Origin: Octopus sinensis
Taxonomy: Eukaryota
Direction: 5' to 3'
DNA length: 64,000 nt
NCBI RefSeq assembly: GCF_006345805.1
Contig: NC_043000.1
Location: 157,976,001 to 158,040,000, forward strand
Positions within the stretch are counted from its first letter, which is position 1. Each line of letters opens with the position of its first letter. Position numbers and translations under genes: made by a program. Positions 40,081-53,639 of this stretch are shown here, in pieces. The notes beneath the pieces are model-generated. The model was not told where the DNA came from. It ran no database searches and worked only from the letters and a program-made list of their open reading frames with translations.

Positions 40081-41424
40081 GCCTTCCTTTCTTATATAAT
40101 TAAAATAAAGATAGCGTGACAGTAGAGTACTATTAAATAACCAATAGTACTTGATGTCTTATCAAACCTATTATCACCAAGTTTGTGGTTTCATCAAACC
40201 TATTCTCACTAATTTTTTAGTATTTCCGTATTTTATGCCGTTAATGTCTCCTCTTTATGATTCAGTTGATTGCTGACATTTGAGCAAGATTTGGGTATTA
40301 TATCTAGCAAACCGTGTGCCAACGTAGAGGCTCCCTCGTTCATATAAGCTATTGTTTTATGCATAAGCAAATATGTTTTCAATAGTTTTATATTTCGTAG
40401 GTTTATAATTTAGAATATTTAATGCAAAGAGACTGGTACTGAAATGATTTTAAGCATCTAATCAGAATAATCAGGAGAAAATACAAAAATATAAGGCGAA
40501 CTTCGCTATAAAAATATCAATCAAGAATAATAAAGTAAGATCTACGGAGTGGATAACGTACCAGAAATAGTAGCCAAGTCTCCATCATATCACATCGCAC
40601 TGACTTAGATGTAGAAGTATGCATTTCATTTTATAAGTTAATTTTAGATAAAATGTGACAGGCAAGATCTGAATGCATTTAATTACTGGGAAACATCAAT
40701 AAAGGGCTGACTTTGAGCTGGCTTGCAGTTGCAGCTGTAACAATAACAACAGTTCCGAGTATATTAAATATCGATGGAAACATTGAATAAAGTAGCTGTA
40801 AGAGAACTATGTTTATTAAAGAACAGTTTGGTCGAGGTTGGAGCCTCATTGAGGGTAAGTGTGTTCCATCAGGCCTGATCTAATAAAAATAAAAACAACG
40901 AATTATAAGCATACATAAACAACCTGTAGATTGGACAAATTGCAGTACATCACGACGTTAATTGAAATCGTGAGTTTGTTGCTACAATTCTTGTTGCTGT
41001 TTTGTTGAGTTGACCAATGTTTAATATTCTAGGCGTTACCTTCGCTTTCTTTGTGTCCGTAACTACGAACACTAACATTGTCACGTACTCTTCATCCTAT
41101 AAGATTTTATCATATGGTTTCAAGGATATTTGGAGGCCACTTCTATTAGATTGAGTGTCAACGTCAAGACTTCCGAGTGTGATAGCCAATTTGTGATAGT
41201 CAATGTGTGATAGTCAATTTTTTCATTTACAGTCGACTAAATCAAAGAAACATGCTATCCATGGTAACAAGACTAATTATTGGAATTCAGTGAACAGTTA
41301 TGGATATTATTAATTAGAATCTACTTAAAGATGATATTTACATCGTCGTATGCCGTAGCCTACATTAAAGTGTATGCATGTATATTTGTTCACATTCTCA
41401 GACACACACACGCATACACACACA

Positions 41425-41491
<67 letters not shown>

Positions 41492-42112
41492 AATAGATAG
41501 ATAGAAAGATAGATAAATATGAATAGATATATTCATATTTACATAAATACGTATGTATATATCTGCCTCTCTGTTTGTCCACTTTCCTTTTAATCTGCAC
41601 AACTTTACAAAACTGAGCTGAGAGATTTGTGCGTAGCACTTATCAAACTGATTTAAAATCCGAGAGATTGTTTACTCTACATACATTGAACTACAAAACA
41701 TTCTCAAATGCACGTTCAAAATTCAAAACTGAAGAGGCATCCGAAATGGCGTATGTCAGATAGTCTATTCGATATTTAAATGGTTATCATGATCGACGTG
41801 CTTTTGAAGTGCTATCCCTACCGAGAAGCAAAACACAATGTCTATCATCGCCATTACCATCATGACAACCACTAGTACAAAAACCATTATTATCACCACT
41901 GCCAGGATCTCCCCTTACGAATAATGCCCCAACAGTTTTGAGCCAATAGGTGCAACCTCTAATCAGTTGTTCGGTGTGTTAGGAGATACTATTCCTTAAT
42001 CTTAGATAGAAGGCTCATTCGATTATTAAAAACGGCTATGATATGATAACTGATCATAAGAATACTTGATCTAGCGCTAGCTAATCAATAAAAACAATAA
42101 CAGCAACATTAT

Positions 42113-42341
42113 TTTATTTGTTTCAGTAATTTGACAGCGGCCAGGCTAGAGCACCGTCTTTAGTCGAGCAAATTGATCCCAGGGCTTATTCTTTGTAAGC
42201 CTAGTACTTTTTCTATCGGTGCTTATTGCCGAACCGCTAAGTTACGGGGGCGTAAATACATCAGCATCAGTTGTCAAGCGATGTCGCGGGGACAAACACA
42301 GGCACACTAACATATACACACGCATACATAGATAGACACAC

Positions 42342-42386
<45 letters not shown>

Positions 42387-42548
42387 CATACATCGGGCTT
42401 CTTTCATATTCCGTCTACCAAATCCACTCACAACGCTTTGGTCGGCCCGAGGCTATAGTAGAAGACACTTGCCAAAGGTGTCACGCAGTGGGATGGAACC
42501 CGGGAGCATGTGGTTGGTAAGCAAGCTACTAACCACACCCCCACTCCT
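42113..42548 (-). mobile_element. SINE family A
   Basis: Reverse complement of 1003-1428. Confidence 0.85.
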
Positions 42549-42949
42549 GCGCCTAACATTGATCAAGTGTACGATTTCAACCAGCACCGCTTATGCATTT
42601 TACACAAAACCAGCGCCAACACCATCACAACCACAGTAAGAGAAAAAAAGACAAATAAATAAATATACATGTGTGTGCGTGTGTGTATGTGTGTGCGCGC
42701 GCGGGTGGTGTAAGCTATCAGCGGACAAAAAATAAAGGATTTCCAGACCCTTCCAATTACATCAATTACTACTTGAACACATGTATCATACACATACCTG
42801 ATTCATATCAACAGTCTTCCTGCTATCTGTGAATTGGTGAATCTTTCGTTCGTTGTACTAAAATTTTTCAAATTTCTTCCTTTTCCCTCTTCTCTCTCTT
42901 CATTCTTTTCTTTCTGCACAGACACAAACACATAAATACGCAGATCGAA

Positions 42950-42990
<41 letters not shown>

Positions 42991-44344
42991 AGAGAAAGGG
43001 AGAGATAGTGAGAGAGAGAGACAGAAAGGGAGAGATAGTGAGAGAGAGAGAGAGAGAAAGAAAGAAATAGATAAATATATACATATATACATACATACAT
43101 GCACAGACACATGATTTATAGTGTTCTTAATAGAATTTAACTACGAAAGCTTATGTATTAATACATAAAACTTTGCATATTAATTCCATTAGATTTGAAT
43201 ACACATCTGTGTATCATATTCGATATAACCACATCGCGAAAAAGTAAATTTACTGCGTTCTCAACTGAAGATATCTCTTTGGAACATGCTGCTCTTGAAA
43301 ATGCAATATGTATATCGGAAGCAGAGGAAATCGGGAAAGCAACGACCGGTGTGGACGATAGGCGCACATTTCTGCTATATTGGACTTTGTTACTAACATG
43401 TACTCAAGCCGACCATATTCTAGGAAGAAATCTGACGTTAACCATTACTGCTGGACGTTTTCGTTATATTTCTGATGTAAAGCACATACATTGAAGAATA
43501 TAGCTGTGAATTTCCTTTTTGGCGCATGACAAGCAATTTTTGGGAAAGAGCAAGTTGATTACGTTAATCCCAGTACTCATCTGGTTCTTTCAGCGGCCTC
43601 GATCGGATGAATCTCGACGCATTTTGAATTCATAAAGTAAAGACGGACGACATCACGCTAAGTTGCTTCTGTTTCTCAAAAGTTTATGATCTTTTCACTC
43701 GTGCTTCATTACTTTTGCTGAACATACGTTTTTCAAAAACGTACTTTTACCTTCAGAGTTTAAATGTGAATTGTATTCCCGTATTTTATTTTGCCACTGC
43801 AACTGCAACTACCTCTAATTTCTCTAGACATTCCTCTTGTTACACAAAATGCACAGTTTTTGCATCATATTTATAATTATACATTTTCTTATTATTAGTA
43901 TTTCTAGTATTTTTCATCAGTTGCCTCTTCAATACGGCATTCCTTTTACCAAACCTTTCAACTCACACTAGCGCCTGTCACCTTCGTCTCATCTCCACGC
44001 CTTCTTATCACACATAATATGAATACAAAAACACTTTCCTCCCACATCCTACAATCCTACTCCACAACACAAACATATTTCCACACGTGCTCATCTACAC
44101 TCTGCTCTAAAATCGATATGCACATAAAAAAACCGCACTCACACACATTTCCTAATGCCAACTCCATACACAAATACTCTTCTACAAACACACGATCAGC
44201 TTATGGCTCCTCACTTATTAACTCCCCTCTAATGAAGCTCTTTCGGAAGTGGCATCAAACGTGTTTGATTCCTATATCTTATCTACCTTTTCTCTCCTTA
44301 CTTCAAGCATATTTTCGCTCAATCACTTCATTAATTTTTTCCAA

Positions 44345-44383
44345 CCTTTCTTATGATGAAGAATTAGATTCGAAACGTCAACG
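44345..44383 (+). ncRNA. Decayed minimal hammerhead-like motif at the end of a C/A-rich (pseudo-LTR-like) block
   Basis: aUGAUGA-A-GAAU-uag-AUUC-GAAAC-GUC; C3 lost; stem I weak. Confidence 0.35.
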
Positions 44384-44463
44384 CTTTTTAAAGCATTGAA
44401 CTAATAGAAACATAATGTCTCTCCCCTATTGTTTCCCATTCTACGTCATTCTATCAATGCATA

Positions 44464-45058
44464 TTGGGTTGGCAACTAAGTTCCCGCCGTTTAAAAAAAA
44501 TTTTGGAATCTATTTCCTCCGAGAATTCTATTTTTGAATCATTTTGGAATCTATATTATTTTTTTCTTTCTAGTTAATTTTAGTTAATTTTTGTTTATGT
44601 TCAGATCATTAAAATGGAATGTCAAGTTAAGAAAAACGAGCATTTTCCGCACCTCCTTCTTTTTGCTTTTAATCAAGGTTCTAAGGCCGCAAAAGCTGCC
44701 CGCGACATTTGTGCTGTGTATGGAGAGGATGCCATCGCTGAAAGAACCGCTCGTGATTGGTATGCCAAGTTCAAAAATGGAAAGTTTGACCTCAAAGACG
44801 CATCTCGTTCTGGCCGTCCAGTTGAGTTCGATGAAGAGCGATTAAACCAACTTTTGCACGAAAATTCTCGTCAAACAACAAGGGAGCTGCCAGAGAAAAT
44901 TGAATGCTCCCACACTGTTGTAGGGAAGCATCTTCAATCGATTGGAAAAGTTCCGAAGTATGGTGCATGGGTTCCACATGCTTTAAGTGACAACAACAAA
45001 AATCAGCGAGCCACAATCTCCGCCGGTTTGCTTGCTCGTCACCGCTCAACTCAGACAC
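44464..45058 (+). mobile_element. 5' half of a mariner transposon
   Basis: TA + TIR ttgggttggcaactaag; open HTH region 44614-45050 (MECQVKKNEHF..RSGRP..GAWVPHAL); truncated before the catalytic domain. Confidence 0.9.
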
Positions 45059-45096
45059 TGACTCCTATATCTGTATGTATATATATATATATTAAC

Positions 45097-45545
45097 AATT
45101 GAGGATAAAATCTTTAAAAGAAATTATCAGTAGTTAGCGTGAAAAGCCTCGTAAGAGAAAAAATCCGTAAATTTTTCCACTTTGAAAATATTTATTTATA
45201 TTATATTGAGGGTACTACTATTCGTAGATACCATACGCTAAGAGGGACCAATGTGGTCAAAACTACTAAAATAAACAAAATTTTACCGAATGCAAAACTT
45301 CAAAGCAAATCATTTAAAAAAAGAATTTAGTTACATATCACATGTGATTTCGCAATTAATGCAGAATATGCATTCTATGTTCATCAGTGCAACAAACTCA
45401 AGATATATAAGAAAAAACATAACGTTACAAGCTCGATAGCCAACCGATAGCATTCGGTAAAATTTTGTTTTTTTTAGTAGTTTTGACCGCATTGGTCCCT
45501 CTTTAGCGTGTGGTATCTACGAATAGTAGTATCCTCAATATAATA
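45097..45545 (-). mobile_element. HHR-bearing fold-back retroelement, family 3 copy B
   Basis: ~95-bp inverted arms 45199-45293 / 45450-45545; colinear homology with 17464-17885. Confidence 0.75.
45330..45393 (-). ncRNA. Type-I hammerhead ribozyme, stem II partly decayed
   Basis: Minus: GUUGCA-CUGAUGA-acau..AAUGC..GCAUU..UUGC-GAAA-UCAC-au-GUGA-U-A/UGUAAC; stem I covaries with the 17.6k copy. Confidence 0.7.
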
Positions 45546-45580
45546 TAAATATATATATATATACATACATATATATATAA

Positions 45581-48045
45581 CTACCCCTTTGAACTCCCAA
45601 CTCGCATAAACAAAGACCTTATAATAGAAGGACTTAGATTCATTTTAGAGAACAATTATTTTATTTTTGACAATGATTTCTACAGACAAAGATCGGGAAC
45701 AGCGATGGGCACGCGTACTGCACCATCTTTTGCCAACCTAGTGATGGGATACCTCGAGAAAATACTATACCGGATAACACTCGAGAAATATGGAAACACC
45801 TTCGCCACCTATATCCATAACAACTGGAAAAGATACCTCGATGACTGTTTCATCATCTGGGACAAAGGTATAGAGAAACTTGAGGAATTTAAAATACTAT
45901 TAAATGGAATAAATGACAATATACAATTCACGATGGACCACAACGAAAAAGAATTACCATTTTTAGACATCCTCATTAAGAAAACCGGCAACAAAATAGA
46001 GACAGATATCTACTATAAACCGACAGACTCTAAACAGTACCTACCCTTTGATTCATGCCACCCACGACACACTAGAATGAATGTCCCTTTTTGTTTAGCT
46101 AGAAGGATTTGCACCATAATATCAGACACAAACACCCGACACACACGTCTCCAGGAACTTAGAACCACACTCACAATAGAAACTATCCACAGCCCGTAAT
46201 AGACAGTGCAATCCAACGGGTACTTAAATTAAGTATAGAAGACCTGAGACAAACAAAACCAAAAAAGAAAGAACAATTAAAAACCCTTCCCTACATCTCT
46301 ACACACAACCCACTCAACAATGAGGCCTTCAACACCATACTACAAAGCACAGCCCTACTAAAGGGAGACCCAAAGATGAACCGGATCCTCGAAACACACA
46401 CCATCATTAAAAGTAAACGGCAACCAAAATCCTTGAAAAGGATTTTAACCCAAGCTACACTGCACTCAGCATCAACCACAAAACCAGCAGTTAGAAAATG
46501 TGGAAGGCCCAACTGCGGAATCTGTGTCATCTTGAAAGAAGGATCAGAATTTATACTGGAACAAGGCCACCAGTTCACCATTAGAACAAACTTCACCTGC
46601 GCATCAGAAAACTTAATTTACGTCATAACATGCGCAGGCTGCAATAGGCAGTATATAGGCCATACAAAAAATAGCTTACGTAACAGGATGGCGGTGCATA
46701 AATCACAAATTAGAAACCCTGATTACCGCAAAATACCGGTCAGCGGACACATAGATAGATGTGCTAGAAATGTAAATCCGAAATTTACAACTAACCCGCT
46801 CTATAAATTCAGTGACAACGCAACCTTCACACACCGCCAAAATAAAGAACTGTATTTCATAAAAAAATTTAGACCAAGTTTAAACACCCTGGGCCAGGAA
46901 TATTAAAACAAAAGATAAGTCCTCCGAAAAGGAGAAGCAAAATTCCACCACGGCCGCTACCTTAAACAGTCACTCGCACTGACGGAAATATGGCTTAGTA
47001 AAAAAAGGAAAAAAATTCTTTCGTGCAAATCTGACCCTGATGGACTGACCACATACGATACAGCTAAGGGTCAGACCCGATTCTGATTGGTCAACACGCT
47101 GATGACGTCTAGTCCTGCTAGAATGGACAGGATACAAACAGGGGGCAGAGATTAGTCAGAATATTGATGACGTACCTTTCTGCTTGACTAGTCACCTAAC
47201 AAAATACAGACAGGGGCAGATCTAATGCAGCTATAAGTCGTGATTGGGCAGAATCTTGATGACGTCCAGTTCTGCTTGACTAAGCCACCTAACGAAACGA
47301 CTGGTCAAAACAGGACACAGACAAGAGGCAGTTATAATACAGCGATAGGTCACGATTGGTCAGAATGCTGATGACGTCCCGTTCTGCTTGACTAAGCCAC
47401 CTAACGAAAAGGGGCAGATCTAATACAGCTATAAGTCGTGATTGGTCAGAATCATGATGACGTACCGTCCTGCTTGACTAAGCCACCTAACGAAATGACT
47501 GGTCAAAACAGGAAACAGACAAGAGGCAGTTATAATACAGCGATAGGTCACGATTGGTCAGAATGTTGATGACGTACCGTTCTGCATGACTAAAGCCACC
47601 TAACGAAACGATTGGTCAAAACGTTGATGACGTCACGCTACACTGGACTGACCACATAACAGGCATTATAAAACCCGAACGATTCACAAGACTCACTAGA
47701 ATCACCCAGCGAACATCCACCATGGGTCATCACAATTGCTCAAGGTAAAAATGAAGTCCTCGCTCTTTCGGGAACATCAATCTTCTGTATTGACTGCTTT
47801 CCACCACTTTGATCTGTTTTTTGTATTGAATAAGTATCGCCACCGAGGGCCACTGCATCGAACACTTTGAACATATAGCATGAATGAACTTACTTCAAAC
47901 TATATTTGAACTTTAAGATGTCTGACTCCGTTGTGTATTGTAAATGAATTTCTTGTGTTTGACGGCATGAGCTGTCTTTTTTTATATATAACTTTTTTTG
48001 ATAAGGTTCATTTCAGGAACTGAAACATGTTATAATGTATATATA
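45581..48045 (+). mobile_element. Young 5'-truncated Penelope-like element: RT + GIY-YIG, followed by a ~1.1-kb pseudo-LTR
   Basis: GTAMGTRTAPSFANL, WKRYLDDCF, LPFLDI; apparently one frameshift (~46175); NLIYVITCAGCNRQYIGHT..RNRMAVHKSQI; stop at 46906; (TA)n on both sides. Confidence 0.95.
47080..47700 (+). promoter_or_regulatory. Putative pseudo-LTR Pol II promoter: tandem ~100/199-bp units of CCAAT (ATTGG) + TGACGT, then TATA and Inr
   Basis: gattgg at ~47085, 47242, 47354, 47439, 47552, 47610, each followed by tgatgacgt; TGACGTCA at 47628; TATAAAA at 47667; tcac at 47693; ccaccATGg at 47722; AG|GTAAAA at 47745. Confidence 0.6.
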
Positions 48046-48099
48046 AAAATTAAAAATTGTATAATATAGCAGCATTTTCGAACTTCATTTTTTACAAAA

Positions 48100-48282
<183 letters not shown>

Positions 48283-48450
48283 AATATTAATTCGAGACAA
48301 AACCACTATTTTGCAAATCAAACATGGAAAGACTTAATCAATACATAAAAAATTTTAATATAAAGTAAATAAATCGCCACTACAATTGTTTCATGTCTTC
48401 AAATGACATTCGTCAGGTGGATTTCCGATCTTTTATTCAGTTTTAATTTA
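48283..48450 (-). mobile_element. 3' end of a short HHR-bearing repeat abutting (TA)n (family 4)
   Basis: Contains an intact HHR; lies tail-to-tail with the Penelope element across the same (TA)n tract. Confidence 0.55.
48371..48424 (-). ncRNA. Minimal type-I hammerhead ribozyme, intact core
   Basis: Minus: AAAUCCAC-CUGACGA-AUGUC-auuugaa-GACAU-GAAAC-AAUU-GUA/GUGGcGAUUU; palindromic ACAAUUGU stem III. Confidence 0.8.
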
Positions 48451-48599
48451 TGAAGTTATATATATATGTATATATATATATACATACATATGTATGTATA
48501 TACATATATGTATGTATATATATGTGTATAGGTGAGTGTATGTGTGTGTGCATGTGTTACAATGAAAAATGCGGACGCATGCATGTTAATATTCTTAAG

Positions 48600-49640
48600 T
48601 CATTACACCTGGAAAAGTACAGAACAAGATCTCAACAGTAGAATTTGCCTAATTCATCACCTTTAAAGGAAACTAAAAAATACTTAAAATTAAAATTCTA
48701 CTGTTCTCAAAATATTGCACCCAAGAATAACATTTTAAAATTTTATCATAATTTATAGAAACAAAAATTATAAAATTATTATTGGGTTTTTCCAAAAATA
48801 AGGTAATCCGATTTTAAGGCTATGGGCTCTTATATTCAGAAACTCTTTTCATGTTGTATAGTCTCAGTAATTTTTATTATTTTCAGAAAAAATATTTAAG
48901 AAAGAGTAAGTCTGTAATTAAGCCCATGGGCTTATTATTGGAAAAAAAAAGCTGTATTTTAAAAGTGAAATAAAATAAAATTTATTAAAAAAAATACAGT
49001 CGAATTTGTCTAATCAATCATCGCTAGCAGAAACTCGAAAGTGACGAATTACGTGAAGTAACGAATTAGGCAAAGACAAATTAGACTAATTCTACTGTAT
49101 TATTAGTAAACTAATAAATTTTACTTATGCTTTATTAGTCCGATTATTATTTTTTTTTATGTGGAAGTATTGACCGAGCATATGGTTGATTTGAAACCAT
49201 TTCATGACCATTCTACTGCAATCAATGTTTATTTTTGTAATGAGAATTCAATTCAAGTGAAAAAAAAAACACTCTAGTGCAATATTATTTACAACTTCAA
49301 ATTTTATTCTTTGTACTTGATACAACTAAAGAAGTTGACTATTCGAAATATACATTTCAAAAGACATGATTAAAAACGATTTAGTTTAAATTTATTTTTG
49401 ATTATTTTTGTACCATGTTTTTAAAGATTTATTTGTCTTTTAGATTATCAAAATAAATAAAAGAAATTACCTCAAATTTACCTAATATGTATTTCAATTT
49501 TTAAAATGTTATTCCCGGCTGCAATATTCTTAGTACAGTAGAATTTTAATTTTGAATACCTTTTAGTTTCCTTTAGGCAAATTCTACTGTAGAAATCTTG
49601 TGCTCGCATTTTTCATGGTAATCCACTTTGTCCAGGTAAT
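48600..49640. repeat. AT-rich element with degenerate ~140-bp inverted repeats (48600-48740 / 49490-49640)
   Basis: cagtagaatttgccta..aaaggaaacta..aaaattaaaattctactgt..aatattgca..aataacattttaaaa is reverse-complemented at 49490-49600. Confidence 0.6.
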
Positions 49641-50549
49641 GCAATAAAACTAATTAATATTTTTTTGTAAAAAAATTAAATAAACTGAAACCTGCCTTTA
49701 TATTTATTTCCTTTAAAATTAATATTTTTTAAGGAAAATGAGAAATGTAATTATAATTGTAAAAATATTAGATGCTATACCTTCACTGTATATAAAATTT
49801 TAATATTGAAACAAAGTGCATAATTCGATCACGCCAAAAAAGAAAGTGCCAAAATTCATTATGAAAATTAATTCTCTATTTAATAGTGAATAATAATGTA
49901 ATGCTAATTTCATTATAAAATCAAGAAATAAATAAACTATATTTACATATAGTAAGAAGAGCTAACAAGAAAAAGTATGAGAATATATCAACTACGTAGT
50001 AAGAAGAGAATCTGATCATATGAATAGTAAAGCCATGGCTAACATAAAATTTAAAAACATGCAAAACTAGCCAATGCAGCCACCGTAAGGCACGAGGTGC
50101 CACCTGCTCATGTTAGGGAAAATTTAGTTTGTTAGTCGAAATTCATGCAAAATAGAAATAAAGCCTGCAATTCAGCTACTGTTTTCAATTTGCCTGAAAA
50201 AAAAAGTTTCAATCTTGCTACTCTGAAAATCCGGTCATACTATCTGAAAGCAGGAACTTTGTCAAGTTAAATTAAGAAATTTAGAATAATCTAAATTCTA
50301 CTACTCTTAATATTGAATTAAAGTTTAGAAGCAAGCATAAAAATTATAAAAAATTTTAGAAGTTCTTACAACTTTGGTCGTCGTAATGCGCTGCTTTCGT
50401 TTGTCTAATAAAAAAAACCCTCCTCGTATAATTATTTTGCTTTCATTTGGTTATAGACAACTATCATGCAGAAAATACCATCTTCTAAATCTTGTTTTCT
50501 GATTAACTGAAAATTATTAAACTTTAAACCCCAGAAACATTTTTCTGCA

Positions 50550-50550
<1 letters not shown>

Positions 50551-50580
<30 letters not shown>

Positions 50581-50740
50581 TGCATGTATGTATGTATGTA
50601 TGTATGCATGTATGTATGCATGTATGTATGTATGCATGTATGCATGTATGTATGTATGCATGTATGTATGCATGTATGTATGTATGTGTGTATGTGTGTG
50701 TGTGTGTGCGTGCGTGCGTGTGTGTATGTGTGTGAGTGTT
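50551..50740. repeat. (ATGT/ATGC)n then (TG)n microsatellite
   Basis: Direct reading. Confidence 0.95.
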
Positions 50741-51247
50741 TATTTACGATGGACAGGAGAAAAGCGTCCTCTTGACATCAATTGCTGTCAACTTGCCCCG
50801 TCGTTCCTTAAAGCTACGTATTCCCCACACTCACCTTTGTTTCCCTTCATGGGTGTTTTAAAAGTTACTTATATGCATGTGTGATATGTACCGCATTATG
50901 AGGATGTAACTTCGTCGTCTGCGTGACTGTCCGGTACGGCGTACCTCACCAACTGACTCTGCTTGTTGTGTCTGTCCACTATTTATCTGTAGTGGAATAG
51001 CCCACTTTTCTATTGAACCAAATTTCAAATTTTGTAGCTCAAAATATAGCTTAGGAGTTAAGCAATCTAAAAATGTATAAACACCGTGAAATTTGGTAAA
51101 AAACTGAATTAGTAACAAAGCTTAGAAGTGGTCACAAGTGAGTAAATGTTGGCCTCAAGAATAGTATTCACATACTGTTGTGTGTGAAAGATATTTATTA
51201 CAATATATATTTACTACAATATAGTGTATTCTATGCGCCCTTTTTTA

Positions 51248-51480
51248 AAGCCTAGCCAGGCTCATGGGCTCGGTTTCTCGGTTTCTATGGCGTATATGTT
51301 CCCCAAATGGACGGGACGCCAGTCCATCGCAGAGTTACTCATTTTCGCCAGCTGAGTGGACAGGAGCAACGTCAAATGAAAAGTGTTGCTCAAGAACGCA
51401 ACGCGTCGCCCAGTTCAGGAATCGAAACCACATCATGATCATAATGCTGACACTCTAACCACTAAGCCACGCGCCTTCAC
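51248..51480 (-). mobile_element. tRNA-derived SINE (family C)
   Basis: Antisense head 'ggcgcgtggcttagtggttagagtgtcagc...ggtttcgattcct' at 51415-51478. Confidence 0.7.
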
Positions 51481-51589
51481 AGTGTACTCTATGAGTATGA
51501 GGTAGATATTTGCAAGATAACTAAATACTGAATTGAATCAAACATTTTGCAATATTGGTTTCCAATTTTGGAAGAAGGCCATCAAATCC

Positions 51590-51770
51590 GGAGGGGAGAG
51601 AAGTTGATTACAGCGACCTCAGTGCTCAGCTGATACTCATCTTATAGAGTACCGAAACGATAAAAGACAAAGACGACCTTGGCAGAATTTGAACTCATAA
51701 TATAGAGACAGACGAAATGCCCCGAAGCTTTCACCCTGCGTGTTAACCACTCTGCTAGCTCGTCGTTATT
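51590..51770 (-). mobile_element. SINE family B relic
   Basis: 'gacaaagacgaccttggcagaatttgaactca...ctgctagctcg'. Confidence 0.55.
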
Positions 51771-53378
51771 ACTTGAAAATTGATTTACGTACTTTTGGCA
51801 CATTTAGCTTACATAATAACTTTTTTCCATTTTGTATATATTTTGAAAAGATTAACATCATGACACTCGTCTTGAACAAAATGTTTAGGTTTTGAATTTG
51901 TTTTTAGGTGTTACTACTGTTTTCGGCACATTTCTTCCCAGTAGTATTTATTTAAAATTTCTTTTTATATAAGTAGCATCATGAGATTTCCATGGTCGAC
52001 ATTTATCAAAAATGTTAAATTTAAAAATAGTTTTCTTTTGAAAGAATAATTTTTGGAGTCAAATTCGATTTCAGGCGTTAACTTTTTTATCGCCGATTTT
52101 TACCTCAGTACTATTTTTTTTACTGAATATTTTTGCATATAACTAACATGGATATAATCTTGTCTTCGAGATCTATCATATAAGCTAGAAGTGGTCCTGA
52201 GTGAGTAAATGTTGACCTTAAGAATATTTTTCACACACTACAGCGTGTGAATGATATATATATATGATGTATGAATGTATATGTGTTTCACTACGGTAAA
52301 CCTGAACGTTAATATTGCGAGAAACCTGATTTTTCCCTGAGTTAATCAGTAGCTTACACACACACACACACACACACAGACACACACACACACACACACA
52401 CACTCACACACACTCACACACACACACACACACAAGCAAACATACAAATGTAAACAGAAACAACACAAATACACGCATCTATATACGCACATGCACACAC
52501 ACACACACGCAAAAACGGTCTCTCTTCCTTTCTCTCACACGCACATACATAAAAAAACATGCTTTTGGGTGTTACCAAAGATACAAAAGCACTCGTTGCC
52601 TTAGATCAATTGTATTATCAAATAAATAGATTTGTTAATTAATACAAAGAAGTGTTAATTGAGTCACTTGTTATTTTGTTGTAACCTTTTTATATTACAG
52701 AAAACGATGTACCCGGAATACACCTCCACCGGTCCTTGCAGTGGCTCCTTGATTTCTCTTTATATATTAGAGGTTGATTAGATGTGATTTGAAAACAGGA
52801 AGGAGTGAGTATTATTATGGTGGAGCGATAAAAATTGCTTATGGTAAGCGATAATTTCTGGAGCTGTGATGAATAAGATGTGTCAAAGCACTTAATCAAT
52901 TAATCAATTTATTAATTGATTAAGTTTGGAAATAATTGGTAATAAAATTGTTCGAGGCACGGCCATTCAGCATGCTGTTCTATAAGTAATTTGACCTTCA
53001 CGGATACAACTCTGATATTCAACACATTTCACAACAAAAATCATGTCAACAAAATATAAATGTGAAGCAGACACAAACACAGGCTCAAACTCATACGTTC
53101 ATACATATGTAATTTTAATGAGTACTTCTACGTAAATAAAATAGTAAGGACAGCGACATTATAAAGAACTAAATATAAGTGTATTGTTTAATAGCTAACT
53201 AAAATTTCAAAAGTTTTTTAAGTATGTGCTTCAGTCAAACAATCATTTTGGACAGTGCACGTACTTCGTCAATCTTAGAACTTACGATGTCTATGTGCAT
53301 GATTTTATGTAGGGACACACACCATATATACGTATGTACATATATACACACATACATATATACATGCATATATGCATA

Positions 53379-53507
<129 letters not shown>

Positions 53508-53639
53508 ATATATATTATATATATATACATATATATATTTGCATTCATGTGCATGTAAGTGTAATCGCTACATATGTCTTCTTTTATTCTTTAATAGATT
53601 TCAGACCTAAGGCTGTGGACATGCTGGGGCACTGCCAGT

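Noticed and set aside
47250-47620. CUGAUGA...GAAAC..GUC strings in the Penelope promoter repeats as hammerheads
   Set aside because: No stem I pairing and no closing stem II pair; better explained as TGACGT/CCAAT promoter motifs
47995-48040. Possible hammerhead at the 3' end of the Penelope pseudo-LTR (uuGAUAA-GGUUC..GAAC-u-GAAACAUGUU)
   Set aside because: Two core substitutions and no clear stem I; plausible by position but too decayed to call
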